A stretch of DNA of 64,000 nucleotides from a virus, in IMG/VR virus record IMGVR_UViG_3300002038_000006, positions 87,480-151,479 of that record. The stretch is one strand, 5' to 3'. Both the position numbers and the translations under genes were made by a program. Of the stretch, positions 46,489-58,135 are shown in pieces. Under the pieces are notes generated by a model. It was not told the DNA's origin. It saw only the letters and a list, made by a program, of their open reading frames with translations, and ran no database searches. Numbering within the stretch: position 1 is the first letter of the stretch; every line of letters begins with the position of its first letter.

Positions 46489-48334
46489 TCACCCGCGGTT
46501 ACGTTCCATTGAGTTTTCTGCCATCTCAACTGGTCTACAGGTCTCGTACATGACATGACTATCCTGTTGTTCTTTAAGCACTTCAAGAATATCATCATAT
46601 TCACAATCCCAGTATTCCATTTCGATAAGAACCTCACCAAGTCTCAAGTCGGGCTGAAACTTAGTTAGGCGGTGACACAGACCTTTCTTTACTAAAGTGT
46701 GGGAGAATTCAAATACATCACCCTGACACTCTGCACGATAAGACATAACGTCTAACACCAATTACTATTCTAGGACCGCTTCCGAAAGCTCCAGTATGTC
46801 TTTGCTTTCTACGTTCAGCCTGACGTTCTTCCTCTTCACGTTTGTACTGTGCATGAGCTTCTTCATCAGCCTTGGGGGGTATAGCAACTAAACGATGAGC
46901 AACCATATTCTTCATTAACATACGCATTTTATCAGCTTTCATTTTAGTGCTCCCAGAAAGATAACCAGCCTTCACGAATAATCGTAGCAATCCCATGTAT
47001 ACACATTGCTAAGATAGTCCATATTGTTAATATCGATACAGTGACAAACATAGAGCCATCTTTTTGTATCAATTCCCACTGATTTACTATATCCAACATT
47101 GTAGGTGCATATAGAAAACTAACTTTAACTACCATTACGTAGGCAAGGGCGATTTGGCATAAAAGCCCGATTGGGCCGAGTGTGGTTATTATAGTTTTAA
47201 ACATTTCTCTTTTCCTGTTATTAATGAGTTTTATTTCAGGCGGTACTAGACCGCCATCATTTAAGTAATACTACAGTAGATGAATAGTAGGGCCGTTAAG
47301 CCTATAACCATATTCGCTAACCATATTACTTTCTTACGGATTGCTTGCCAGATATCTAACCAGTGTTGTTCCTCCAACAAGATTACCATCATCGTTATAT
47401 AATAGATAGATATACCCAATGGCCATAAGAACCAGAGGATATGGAATATCACAGCAGCTGGGTATTCACCCACAGCGTATTGCAACTGCTTATATATAAA
47501 CAAGCTATCTTTACCGAACAGTAGGTTTAGAGCTATTACGCATGAAAGTATCCAGAGAGTTAATCCTACTCCAAATAATCCCCATGCTGGTAACAAGTCC
47601 ATGAACCACTTTAACGTTTCCATGTTTCCCCCTATGCCGCCTTACGTTTAGGCTGCTCTTTTAGAGCAGCCTTATGTCGTCTTTCAACTAGACGTGCTCT
47701 TTGCTTCTTAGTTGTACCAGACACTTGGTCTAGGTAGTCTTTACGGTTGCCCACATACGCCATAAAGGCTAATGAGTCAGCGTAATCTTCAACTGCTTTT
47801 AACGGCTCAGGATATTCTAAAACATCCTTTGTGATTTCACCGTTCTTGTAGACACGACGAGTGTGTCCATTATACGTCACAACAATGTGAGCGTTTGAGT
47901 CTTTGAAGCGGAAGCGATTAACTTCACTATCTGGGTTAGTACATTCTACTACTTCAGGATTTTCCTGACCATTAACTTCACAAGCTACATTCCACATAAC
48001 TTTGTTCCTTTCATTTACAAAATCAGATTCTTTTGAATCGTTGGTTTAATTGAGGTTAGAATACTACGACCTTTTGACCTTTAGGAGTTTCGATAACTCC
48101 ACTAAGCCAACCAAAGCGGTCTTTCTCACCAGCGTATACTTTAATACCAGCAGGTTCCATTACGTGCACTATTGCTCCGTAGTTAGGATTACCTTTAGGT
48201 GTTATTAGAATATCATCCGCAGCGGCTACAATTTCCGCAGGGACTTTACTTTCTTGGATAAAGCCATGTTCATCACACGGTAGGTTTGTTTTATCCAGTT
48301 CGAGTATCTTAGATACAAATACTTGTGCGTCCAT
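46489..48334 (-). other. early operon of small hypothetical genes (46489, 46718, 46944, 47261, 47632, 48056)
   Basis: Tightly packed minus-strand ORFs, two of them hydrophobic, downstream of the early promoter at ~48764. Confidence 0.6.
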
Positions 48335-48719
48335 TTATTCACCTTATTAGCGGTGTTCAATTTATACTGAGTTAGTATTCTATCTACAATGAATCCTGAG
48401 GTACATTCTGGATATTCTTTAACTAACTCTATAGCTCTTAACATTAAACCCTTGGGTAACGCATAGCCACCCTCAATAATAATATTGGAGTATGTATTTT
48501 TCCACCCGTCCTTAGTTAGTTCAATGACTGGTAGGCGTTTACCTAGGTACGATACGTGAGAGGCACAATCTTCATGTACTTCCTCGTAATGCCGTCTTAA
48601 TCTTTTATTGACCCCTTCTGTTGTTACAGTTGTATGTTCCAATAATTGTAACGGTTAGATTCTAGATGCAGATATAGAACACGCCTCATTATTTTCAGCT
48701 CGTTTACTCTGGTATACAT
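48226..48719 (-). pseudogene. possibly frameshifted early gene
   Basis: ATG at 48719 with GGGAG RBS stops after 31 aa; the -1 frame continues as ORF 48226..48642. Confidence 0.4.
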
Positions 48720-48852
48720 CAGCAACTCCCTTTCATTAGTTACATTAATACTGATACCACTAAGATAATATGTCTTTGAAATTATTTAACATAGATGGCA
48801 AAAGAAAGTAGAAGGCCGTCATTGAGACAGCCCTCTATTACTCGACTACCTG

Positions 48853-49056
48853 TTAGTGAAGCAATGAATCGTCGTTATACTTACCACACCCGCAGGAGTT
48901 CTGATTCCCTGAAATTAAATCCGACTCCGGAACCATTACACTACTGCCACATGTACACTCACACTTCCAATGCCCTACTTGGGCTACGTGTTTCATTGGT
49001 AACATCACCATCCCATAAAAGTAGAATGGGGTGTATTTTTTATTAACCGCAAACAA
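48853..49056 (-). CDS. isolated N-terminal Cys-rich domain of HNH-type endonucleases
   Basis: WKCECTCGSSVMV...DL.SG..NSCGC. Confidence 0.65.
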   Translation of the reverse strand: MFAVNKKYTPFYFYGMVMLPMKHVAQVGHWKCECTCGSSVMVPESDLISGNQNSCGCGKYNDDSLLH

Positions 49057-49074
49057 ATCTCTCCATATACTAAG

Positions 49075-51246
49075 TTAACAGTAAACCACTTCTGCGTCAG
49101 GATGAGCAGCTAGGAATCTATCCGTAGCAGTCTTCTTAACGTAACTAGGTTTAACATTAGCCTTAGCTTCCTCAGCATCCTTAACCAACTCATCGTAGGT
49201 TAATGGGACACCACCGTCGTCCTGACTGATTGCAACAAGGTACTTCAGACTCTGCTCCAGACGCACTCTAGAGAACGCATCAGTAATAGTAGACAATTGG
49301 TCCTTAAGTCGGTCAATCTCGTCTCTGAGTTCTTTCTGTTCTTCCTGAGCCATGATTTGCTGCTCAGTAAGTTTGTGTCCATCCTTACCAGCAAGACGCA
49401 TACAATCACGAGGGTCGATACCGTAATATTGTAAGTTCTTAGCTTTCATGATAAACCATCCAGCAAGTAACCAAGAGATAACCATATCATCGTGTCCAGA
49501 TGAAGTGTGGTCAATGCGACCATTCTTAACAACTAGAGACCTGATTTGGTCAGACAGTACTTTACAACAAACAGAACCACCAGCTCTCTTAGCGAGTTCA
49601 GGTAGAATGTTGACGTATAGTTCCTTACGAGACTCAGCAGTTGTAACGAAACCAAACTTAGTTTTGATTGATTCGTAGAAGAAACTAGAACGACTAGCTA
49701 GAGGCGTATTTAACATAGCCTGTAACTTAGTGTTACCCTTCGCTTCATTAACCACTGTGTTGTATATACGAGTGAACGGGTCAATACCGTATTTAGGCAA
49801 TTCGATGAGGAGGGTCTCAAGGAATGTAATACCGGATGACTTACGTTCGATGTTGATAGTGATGTTTCTGTACTTAACCATCAACTCAACAACATACAAG
49901 GCAAGGGATAGAATATAGGATTCATTAACAGCAGCTGTAGCAACAACAGACATATCAGTAATGTCCATCAATACTAAACCAGTGTCATCTCGTCCAACCA
50001 ATTCTGACGTATCCATTCCGAGTACGAAATTACCATTCGCCATACGTTCTTCAATTTCATCTTCGTCAATGAGCCAGTTGAACAAGTATCCATCTTTAGA
50101 AAGCGACATGTGGTCGTATTCTCTTTCAGATTCTTTAATCAGGTCATTTAACTTAGGTGATAGAGGTGAACGCAATGTACCAGATGTCCATACGTTGAAG
50201 AAGTCACGGTCGGCTTCATCCCCCACAGCATTGGTGTTAGCAAGTACTTCTCTTAACCATTTATCATCCTTACCAACCTGACGGTGAGAGAATGTTCCAT
50301 TGATTAGAGGTTTCTTACCCTTAGAGTTCTTCAGTACGACTTTGGCGAGTTCTTTCTTGTTCTCTAGGTCAAAGTACTTCTCAGACCAGATAGCTCCACC
50401 ATGAATGATGTCGTACATGTATTTACCATCACGGTCATCTTTCTTACCAGCAGTTGTGGTGAAAATGTTTCCGTAAGGCATCCCATTTATTTCAGCTTCT
50501 TCACGTGCCGCAGTACCTGATGCAAGTAGGGCAGGAATGATTGTACCAATGAACTTAATGAATGGACCCTCATCGATGTGGATTATTGGAGAAGTCAATC
50601 CACGACCAACGTTAAGTGCAGCTGCTTCTGAAGACTGGGCAACTGAAGTTAAGTATTTGTTACCACGTTCATTATAAGTAACTTGCTGTTGGTTATCGGC
50701 ATCGTTACGGTTAATAGAAAGATAAGGTGGTAAAAGGTTGATGATGTTCTTGATACGTTCAACGTTGGCAACACGTAGACCATTATCTTTAGTCAACATG
50801 TTAATCTTAGAGTTCCATAGAACGAATAGCTCTAGGTACACAATCAAGAAATCTGTTCCGAGAGACTTACCTAACTGACGAGGCATGATTAACGCAAAGT
50901 CAATGTTATTAAAGAAAGACCAATACAAAGCAATGTTCGCACGGTTCAATCTATATTGGTTAGGTTTCAAACCAGCCTGTGCAGGTACTCTGGCAATCTC
51001 TCTAAAGAAATACCAAGGGTTGTACTGACACTCTTGAGCAATCATTACCTGTTGTCTTTCAGTTAATGTTTTAGAGTAAGGGTCAACACCTTGTAATTCA
51101 GGTTGTAGTAGTAACAATGGGAAGTAACAATTGTCCACTCCCATTGAGCGATACAGACCTACTAAATTCAGGGCTGACTGATTACTTGTCTTAGTATCAA
51201 TCATTGCCCCGGGATATCGCTGATAATCCTCTTTAAATAGAATCAT
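49075..51246 (-). CDS. terL: terminase large subunit (phiKZ gp25-like)
   Basis: PRQLGKS Walker A, IHIDEG Walker B, TTTAG, LGMDTSE and GHDDMV nuclease motifs. Confidence 0.95.
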   Translation of the reverse strand: MILFKEDYQRYPGAMIDTKTSNQSALNLVGLYRSMGVDNCYFPLLLLQPELQGVDPYSKTLTERQQVMIAQECQYNPWYFFREIARVPAQAGLKPNQYRLNRANIALYWSFFNNIDFALIMPRQLGKSLGTDFLIVYLELFVLWNSKINMLTKDNGLRVANVERIKNIINLLPPYLSINRNDADNQQQVTYNERGNKYLTSVAQSSEAAALNVGRGLTSPIIHIDEGPFIKFIGTIIPALLASGTAAREEAEINGMPYGNIFTTTAGKKDDRDGKYMYDIIHGGAIWSEKYFDLENKKELAKVVLKNSKGKKPLINGTFSHRQVGKDDKWLREVLANTNAVGDEADRDFFNVWTSGTLRSPLSPKLNDLIKESEREYDHMSLSKDGYLFNWLIDEDEIEERMANGNFVLGMDTSELVGRDDTGLVLMDITDMSVVATAAVNESYILSLALYVVELMVKYRNITINIERKSSGITFLETLLIELPKYGIDPFTRIYNTVVNEAKGNTKLQAMLNTPLASRSSFFYESIKTKFGFVTTAESRKELYVNILPELAKRAGGSVCCKVLSDQIRSLVVKNGRIDHTSSGHDDMVISWLLAGWFIMKAKNLQYYGIDPRDCMRLAGKDGHKLTEQQIMAQEEQKELRDEIDRLKDQLSTITDAFSRVRLEQSLKYLVAISQDDGGVPLTYDELVKDAEEAKANVKPSYVKKTATDRFLAAHPDAEVVYC

Positions 51247-51255
51247 GGTGAATCC

Positions 51256-51945
51256 TTAGCTGGTGACTAGTTCGTCTTCCAGTATCTTAACTTCAAATGG
51301 CAACTGTCGTCCGTAAGGAATAATTATCATTCGATAAAACATTCTCATTAAGGCAACTTGTTCAGGTTCAACATCCCTCTCGATTAAATCAAGAATTCTA
51401 TCGTGTTCACGCTTAAGGTCTTCGTCGGTGTACATAGTAGCATAAGCTTCTAGCTCCCAAGGAAGCTTGTACTGCGATTCTAAGTCACGACCATAAGTTA
51501 GGTAGTCTGGTTTAGGTTCACCCATCCAGTGACGTTTAAGACCGATACGAGTATCCAATCCCTCACGTACTTGTTTAACGTGCACCATCTCATGTCTAAA
51601 TACTGACAGACTAAATGTTTCTTTCTGTAAGAACATGATAGGTCTACCATCAAGTAGAATATGTACTGACCCACCAATTACATCTAACTCTTCGTCATCT
51701 ATAAGAACCCCACCTTTTAAGATAACTCTTTTTATTTCACTGAAAGGTACGAGGCAGAATACAATACCTTCTACAGCGTCCCACAGATTATACATATCGA
51801 AGAACTTAGTAAGTCCTGCAATAGTTTCTGGGTCATGCGGGAGATTAACTAACTCCTCAACATTCTCTTCGGATAAGCCAAAGAAATCAAATGTTCCCTG
51901 TTCCTTACGGAGTAGGTCTGGAGTAGCTAGGTTAAGTCGGGTCAT
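51256..51945 (-). CDS. putative zinc metallopeptidase
   Basis: HEMVHVKQ...LPWELEAY. Confidence 0.7.
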   Translation of the reverse strand: MTRLNLATPDLLRKEQGTFDFFGLSEENVEELVNLPHDPETIAGLTKFFDMYNLWDAVEGIVFCLVPFSEIKRVILKGGVLIDDEELDVIGGSVHILLDGRPIMFLQKETFSLSVFRHEMVHVKQVREGLDTRIGLKRHWMGEPKPDYLTYGRDLESQYKLPWELEAYATMYTDEDLKREHDRILDLIERDVEPEQVALMRMFYRMIIIPYGRQLPFEVKILEDELVTS

Positions 51946-51994
51946 AGGGTTCTCTTATTATTATTTAAAAAATGGCACTAATTCATATAAAGAC

Positions 51995-52074
51995 AAAAAA
52001 AGAAAGGGCTTGCGCCCCGTCTTTCTTTTGTTTCCCGTCGGAAACTGTTTCATGCAAACTGAAGGATGTTTACA
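51995..52074 (-). ncRNA. candidate sRNA D (~78 nt)
   Basis: Promoter 52072-52101, hairpin 52030-52045, U-tract terminator 51995-52029, no credible ORF. Confidence 0.5.
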
Positions 52075-52099
52075 TATATATTAAGGTGCGTGTTATTTT

Positions 52100-52609
52100 T
52101 TATCCAGCCGCAGAAAGTACACCAGCTACGAAAGTATTGGTTTCCTTATCCCCAATGTTAACATAACCTGTAGCCAACCTGTCCTTGTAACCAGACGGTT
52201 CGTTTATTTCGTTATGTCGCATTTGGTCGACTATAAACGCTAGTGCGAATATATCTACTCTAAAGTCAAGTCGTCTAGCTTCTGAAATCAGCAAATCTTC
52301 AAACTCAGCTATAGTCCAGTTCTGGGTTAACTCTACGGCAGATAGATGATGTAACTTAGACAAGTCATCTACATCTTCAATTGGTTTGTTAGTACCATCT
52401 TCCATAACCAAGTGTAGACTTTGCCAATTAACATGTTGCTCAATTGTTAACACCGGACTTTTCAAAGGAGCTGTTCTATACATCAAAGCCACACCAGCTT
52501 TGCTTTCGTAGAAGAACCCCTGACCATGCATCTTAGTCATGTCCGTAATGATAACACCATCTGCATGTGGCTTACCGCCTTTTAGACCATTGTCGTTATT
52601 GTCCGACAT
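52100..52609 (-). CDS. hypothetical protein
   Basis: ORF in operon. Confidence 0.6.
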   Translation of the reverse strand: MSDNNDNGLKGGKPHADGVIITDMTKMHGQGFFYESKAGVALMYRTAPLKSPVLTIEQHVNWQSLHLVMEDGTNKPIEDVDDLSKLHHLSAVELTQNWTIAEFEDLLISEARRLDFRVDIFALAFIVDQMRHNEINEPSGYKDRLATGYVNIGDKETNTFVAGVLSAAG

Positions 52610-53216
52610 GTTTATCCCCTAAGTAGTCGAATGAAGTAATGCTTGTAAATGTACGATGCGGATATGATTCTTTAGAAGTTATTCTACAAGCACCACGAAC
52701 ACCGAACGATGGTTTCTCTGCACCTATTAACACATCATGATATTTACCATCCACCATGCGGATATAGATGTAGACCATATCGTCAATCACTTCGATATCC
52801 ATTACTTCGTGAGATACCTTATCTAAATCGACAGTGTTACTACGCTCAAGTTTTTGGTCTTGAGGAAGTTCTTCAATTTCCATCTGGGGAGAACCATACT
52901 CTCCAAATAGATTGCTTCTTCTAATACGTTCTTTGACTGCGTCCACCATAGTCATGTCGTATAGGTAACCGCTGTGGTTGGGTTCGGTAGTGCTACCCAT
53001 ACAAACCTTTAACACTGGTTCAATGGCGGCCTTAGAATTGTTTACAGCAGGAACACGTGGTATCTCTACCAACTTGTCCTCTTGCTCAATAGTCATAGAC
53101 TGTATACGTAGACCAGACAGTGTAGGAAATAATCTCCCAACTATCTCTTTTCTCTCTTCTACCGAAAGTCCCCAAAATGAAACTGTTGTTTTATTTGTAT
53201 TGTTCATTGTTGCCAA
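52596..53216 (-). CDS. prohead-protease-like paralog, probably inactive
   Basis: GYLY...LFGEYGSP...R...VD..KVSH...FGVRG resembles T4 gp21 / phiKZ gp175 motifs but lacks the catalytic Ser. Confidence 0.55.
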   Translation of the reverse strand: MATMNNTNKTTVSFWGLSVEERKEIVGRLFPTLSGLRIQSMTIEQEDKLVEIPRVPAVNNSKAAIEPVLKVCMGSTTEPNHSGYLYDMTMVDAVKERIRRSNLFGEYGSPQMEIEELPQDQKLERSNTVDLDKVSHEVMDIEVIDDMVYIYIRMVDGKYHDVLIGAEKPSFGVRGACRITSKESYPHRTFTSITSFDYLGDKHVGQ

Positions 53217-56200
53217 CCTATAAGTTGTATGTATAAAGTAGAAAGGTCTATCGCTAGATAGTCCCAGATTTTATCAGTGTATGCTTTCAGGTCTTCTTTT
53301 ATTAACTGTCCCGCATAACTAACGTCGAACTCGTGGGGTAAGTCATTAACTAACTCTTCCCCTAAAATGATAAGATATACCCTGTCGTCTAAACTAGCCA
53401 TGAATGGTAGTCTTCCAGCAGAGATGTTCTCCTTAAAGAAATATCCATCTACCTTGTAGCCCGGAGGACTCAGAGGGTAGACTTCAATTAAATTACCTAA
53501 CCCCTCCGGATGTTTCTCCAGTAGATTAGGTATACCGTACCTAGACATATTACGCCCCTATGAAGTAGGACTTTACCTGATACCCTATAAACCCTACAAG
53601 GATACCAAAGATAAAGATAGCTCTAATCCAATCGGTAATTGTCATTTTAGTACTTGGTACGTGATGATTTTGACCATTACAGAAAGGTTCCATAATAGAA
53701 GTACATCCGTTATTTTTATTCCAGTCTTCACAGCTATTACAAGACATCACGTATTACCTGCTCTGAATTGTAGGTAGTCGCCTTCTGGAACTTCGTTAAG
53801 GTTAGTAATGACCAATGAGTCACCTAACGGTTTAAACGAATTAGTAGCGTCGGACCTATTCACTTCTTGAGGCATCCATTTGTCAAGTCCGCCTTCTTCA
53901 AGTGCGAAGTTTAACGTCTCAAGTGCATGTAGGTTATTCACATAACCCCTAGATTTATACGGTACTGTAAAACATACTGGGATAGGGATTCCACCTAGTC
54001 CATGTATAAACAATACCTGTACGGTTAAAATGAAATATCTTTCTTCCATTACTCACTCTCCTCTTCAGGATGGTCTCTATAATAGGTCACATCATCAAAT
54101 TGTTTATGGTACTCAACAGCCCAACGACCTGCGGCTACTTCCATCGCTACGTCATGTATGTACCAATCATTAGCATTGGCAAGTCTACGAAATAGTTCAG
54201 GATGATAGTTATGGTCAATACGTGGACAGTCCACCTTTAACTTAGGTACATCGTACATGTCAACACCCAAATCATGTAAACCTTGAACAGTACCGTCTGG
54301 AAACAGTACGTACAAATCATACCACTTGCCATAGTTCTCAGCAGTCAGTATTGGTTTATCCGATGGAGTCTGACACAGTAACATCATACCACGTTTAGAT
54401 TCGTACGGACCTGCCTTAGTTAGAACCACTTCTTCACCATTAGGTAATTCAGTAGATACCGTACCAAGTTCATGATTGACCTTAAGTGGTATAGTACCAT
54501 TGTCAGCCAAGCGTCGTTTCGGTACGGTGAGATTGAGTATACCTTCCCCATCAGCCACTCGGTCACCTGTTAGAATAACTTCACTTTCCATTCGGTTAAG
54601 TAAATGTTGGGTAGCTTTCATACCAGCACCGGCGTCTCCAATAATTACAGTATTAGGATGTTTGATTTCTCTAGCCGTAATTACATCTATTGGGTTATCC
54701 CTAGCAATCTGTCTAGCGCGTTCAATCATACTGGTTTCGATAGGACATTTATAGTCACCGTCTCGAAGTACTATAGAATCATCGCCCGCTAAGAAAGCTA
54801 AGTGTTTGGTAACAAAGCTTGCCAGTTCACACACAGGTTTAATCTCTCTCATTATAGTATCGTAACTAAACTCATAGCCGTTACGTACAACGCACAGAGA
54901 CACTATCTTTACATTGTTACGTTCACATTCAGTAACCAATGCTTTAACTACCTGACTCTTATATAGCGGGTGTGCTCCAGTACAGTCAATTATACCGGGA
55001 ACTTTCTGTAAGAACCTAGTAACTAAAATGGTACGGTCTTTAGATTCTTGCACCAACATCATTAGTCTACTATAGTCGTTATCGTTGGCCACTTCAGTAA
55101 TAGTCTCTGCTGGACATATACTAGCCAGATTACTAAGGTGACTAGCATATTGTGCTTCATGACATACTACTTGAACTATGCCCTTTTCAACGCGGTCTAT
55201 CTTCTTTAGATAATTTAACATTTACTTATCCTTTTAATTTAAGTATACGAATATCTTCTTCTTCCAAGAATGTTTCTGCTATTTCAATAGTATCCACTCT
55301 CCATTCTTCCGGACAGTATAGTGTACCTTGAGAAACGAAACATCCACCACGGTCACTATCCTTTTCAATTGGCACATAAGCCCAAGGATTGTTACGTACT
55401 AAGCCATCGTACTTGGTCATGGTTTCTCTATCCATCTCCAACTTAATCAATGACTTCTTTTCTTTACCTTGACACCAAGGATAACGAATACAGATTATGT
55501 TCCAGTTATATCCTGAAACTAAAGCTTCATAACCGTCTTCTTGTATAACCCAAGTGTTCTTAACCTTAGCAGTACGTTCACGTATATGTTCATCCCATAC
55601 TTGCTGTACTTTCATTGCAGTATAGACGATTTCCTTTACACGCCAGTGGGATATCTCTTTAGGTGCGGCCTCTATACGCATACCCAACGCTTGATTGATT
55701 AAGTTAACCATTTCCATTAGGTAGGACTCTACCTGCTTAGGAGCTTCTTTAAGCCATACTTCCAAGCCATGTTCTTTGGCGTTCTTTAACTCTGTACTGA
55801 AATAGTTATCAACGAAAGAGATTAGTCCCTCTTTCTTTAATCCTAAATCAATAGCCATTTGACCAATCAATACTTTACGAGTGAATGGGTCTATTACAAT
55901 TTTGTGTTCTGGTGTAAATGGGAACATTATCTTTTCCTTTTATTCTTTAAAGATTTGTTAGTGACCGTAATTAAAACCAATCCAAAAACTATTGCCAGTC
56001 TTCTCATTGGTTATCATTTTATCTATCGTACCACAACAACCACCTTTCATGGCTTTGATGTAGTCTTTAGTTTTACCACCGCCCTCTAAGGTAATGTCTA
56101 CTCTACAGTTGTCAATACAACCGTCGTTAATCTTACCGTACAACTTACTTAACTTATTACAAAGCCAAGCGAAGTCTTGTTTGTTATCCACAACAGGTTT

Positions 56201-56394
56201 AACTAAGTGCCCGTATAATCTGGAATTGTAAGTACCTCTACCCATAGTCACCCCCCTAGTTGAAAGGCCTTAACTACCAGCCATAAAAAAATCCATACTA
56301 AAGCTACCGTCTCCAATAACCCATAGATGTGTTTACCAATAGGGTCATCTAAGAAACCCTGACGCATGTCTTTTAACCAACCAAATACATTCAT
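53204..56394 (-). other. early operon of hypothetical genes (53204, 53550, 53747, 54049, 55226, 55958 and a 48-aa TM peptide at 56248..56394)
   Basis: Coupled minus-strand ORFs behind the promoter at ~56424. Confidence 0.6.
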
Positions 56395-56495
56395 GTTGTT
56401 TTCCTATTGTGGAACTACAATAAGATTATATATGTCTGTAAAAATCTGACTTGCGACATAAGCGAGCGGTTGCCCGCCCACCTATTATTTTCAGT

Positions 56496-58130
56496 CTATA
56501 CTGACTTAACCATCAGACCAGAGACACCTAGATATAAATCTTCATGTTCTGTTTCAATAATCCAAATAACTTGGACTAATGCACCTGTGTGTAAGTTGAC
56601 ACCGAAGTTCAATGTATCCGACCAACTATTGATTGGATAACGCTTACGCTCTGTACCTACTACCACATCGAAGTGTGTAGGGTTAGGAGTAGCAGATTCT
56701 ACTTCTTTGTCGTACAGTGGAACGATTGGTCTAAATACTTTAGCCAACCAGTCATCAACTGATGTACTGTCAGACGCTAATGTAAACGCGTAATCACTAA
56801 CAGTTACCAAACGTTGCTCGGCGTAGATATCTTCACCGTAAGCTTGTTCACCTGCGTCGTCGTAATGAACTAACCATGATGCACTATTAGAAATGCGTGG
56901 TTGTCCAAACAATACCAACTTGATACTTTGTACATGACGATATGGCGCGTAAGAACCATCTACTTCATCTAAACGGATTGATACTGTAAACGTTTGCTCA
57001 ACACCCCAGAGGGTAGGATTAAACGATGCAACAGCTCCATCGCCGTAAGTGACAAGATTAGTTACTTCAACTATTTCATCACGTGACAAGTTAGCCAAGT
57101 AGTAACGAGGTATCCACATGTTACCATCCCAATCAGGATATACGAATAACTTGAGGTTGTACTCATGTTTCGCTGGCAATGTGTGGATGGTATACTTCTC
57201 AGTAATGTGATTACTACCGGTTGAAGACTGTGACGTTGAAACTTCATTATCGCTAAGAAGATAACTCAACACTAAAGGATGGTTATAATCAGGAACAGAA
57301 GCAACGTAGTTGTCTAAACCGTAAACGCTGAAACGAGTGCCGTCAACTGGATAAGGTATACGCTGACCGTTGTTGTAAGATACTTCAGCCATTAGACCTA
57401 GTGAGCTTACAGGTAGGTTGACAGGAACATCTAGGACGTTACCATCGGAACGCATCCAAGGAGACTTAAGTTCGATACCCGTAACGTATCGTGCACTGTT
57501 AAGACCTTTGTTCGAAAGAGAACTATCAACAGCAACCAACTTAGTAGTAGATATCTGACCGCCTTGTTCATTATAAACAACAGCTGTAACGATAGCACCA
57601 GCAGCGATAGTATGGGTAGTGTGTGACTGTACCGGAACAAACGCAGTATCAACATTTGGCTCACCTACCTGAATTGCTTCAAGTAAGACTCGGTCGTTAA
57701 CGTACTGTCCAGCACCATCGTACTGTTTAGATATTATTACATCAACTTCTTCGTCGTGGTAACCAAGGTAGTATTTAACATGGTCTGCATCTTTACGATA
57801 CATACGTAACTTAGCGTCTGGTACAAGAGTAGCAGGAGTAACTGAGTTATCAACGTGTAATACATAGAACTCTTCAGGAGAGTGTCCACCATTACCAATC
57901 AACATGTCTAAACCACTTGCGTCGGCATTCTGGTTAGGTGAAGACCATGGGTCAAGCACTGATTCACCAGTATCGACATTGAGGCTGATACAACGCATCG
58001 GGCCATGAACCCAACTCCATATCAAGTCATCAACGTTAGGACAAATCTGACCCGTAGGATAGATGTCCTTTTCAGCCCAAACAGTGAAACCTCTGTTCAG
58101 GTCAATTATAGGTCGTGTAGCTAAGGTCAT
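56496..58130 (-). CDS. virion structural protein (phiKZ gp26-like)
   Basis: Beta-rich 544 aa; synteny in the terminase-gp26-27-28-sheath block. Confidence 0.7.
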   Translation of the reverse strand: MTLATRPIIDLNRGFTVWAEKDIYPTGQICPNVDDLIWSWVHGPMRCISLNVDTGESVLDPWSSPNQNADASGLDMLIGNGGHSPEEFYVLHVDNSVTPATLVPDAKLRMYRKDADHVKYYLGYHDEEVDVIISKQYDGAGQYVNDRVLLEAIQVGEPNVDTAFVPVQSHTTHTIAAGAIVTAVVYNEQGGQISTTKLVAVDSSLSNKGLNSARYVTGIELKSPWMRSDGNVLDVPVNLPVSSLGLMAEVSYNNGQRIPYPVDGTRFSVYGLDNYVASVPDYNHPLVLSYLLSDNEVSTSQSSTGSNHITEKYTIHTLPAKHEYNLKLFVYPDWDGNMWIPRYYLANLSRDEIVEVTNLVTYGDGAVASFNPTLWGVEQTFTVSIRLDEVDGSYAPYRHVQSIKLVLFGQPRISNSASWLVHYDDAGEQAYGEDIYAEQRLVTVSDYAFTLASDSTSVDDWLAKVFRPIVPLYDKEVESATPNPTHFDVVVGTERKRYPINSWSDTLNFGVNLHTGALVQVIWIIETEHEDLYLGVSGLMVKSV

Positions 58131-58135
58131 TAGTA

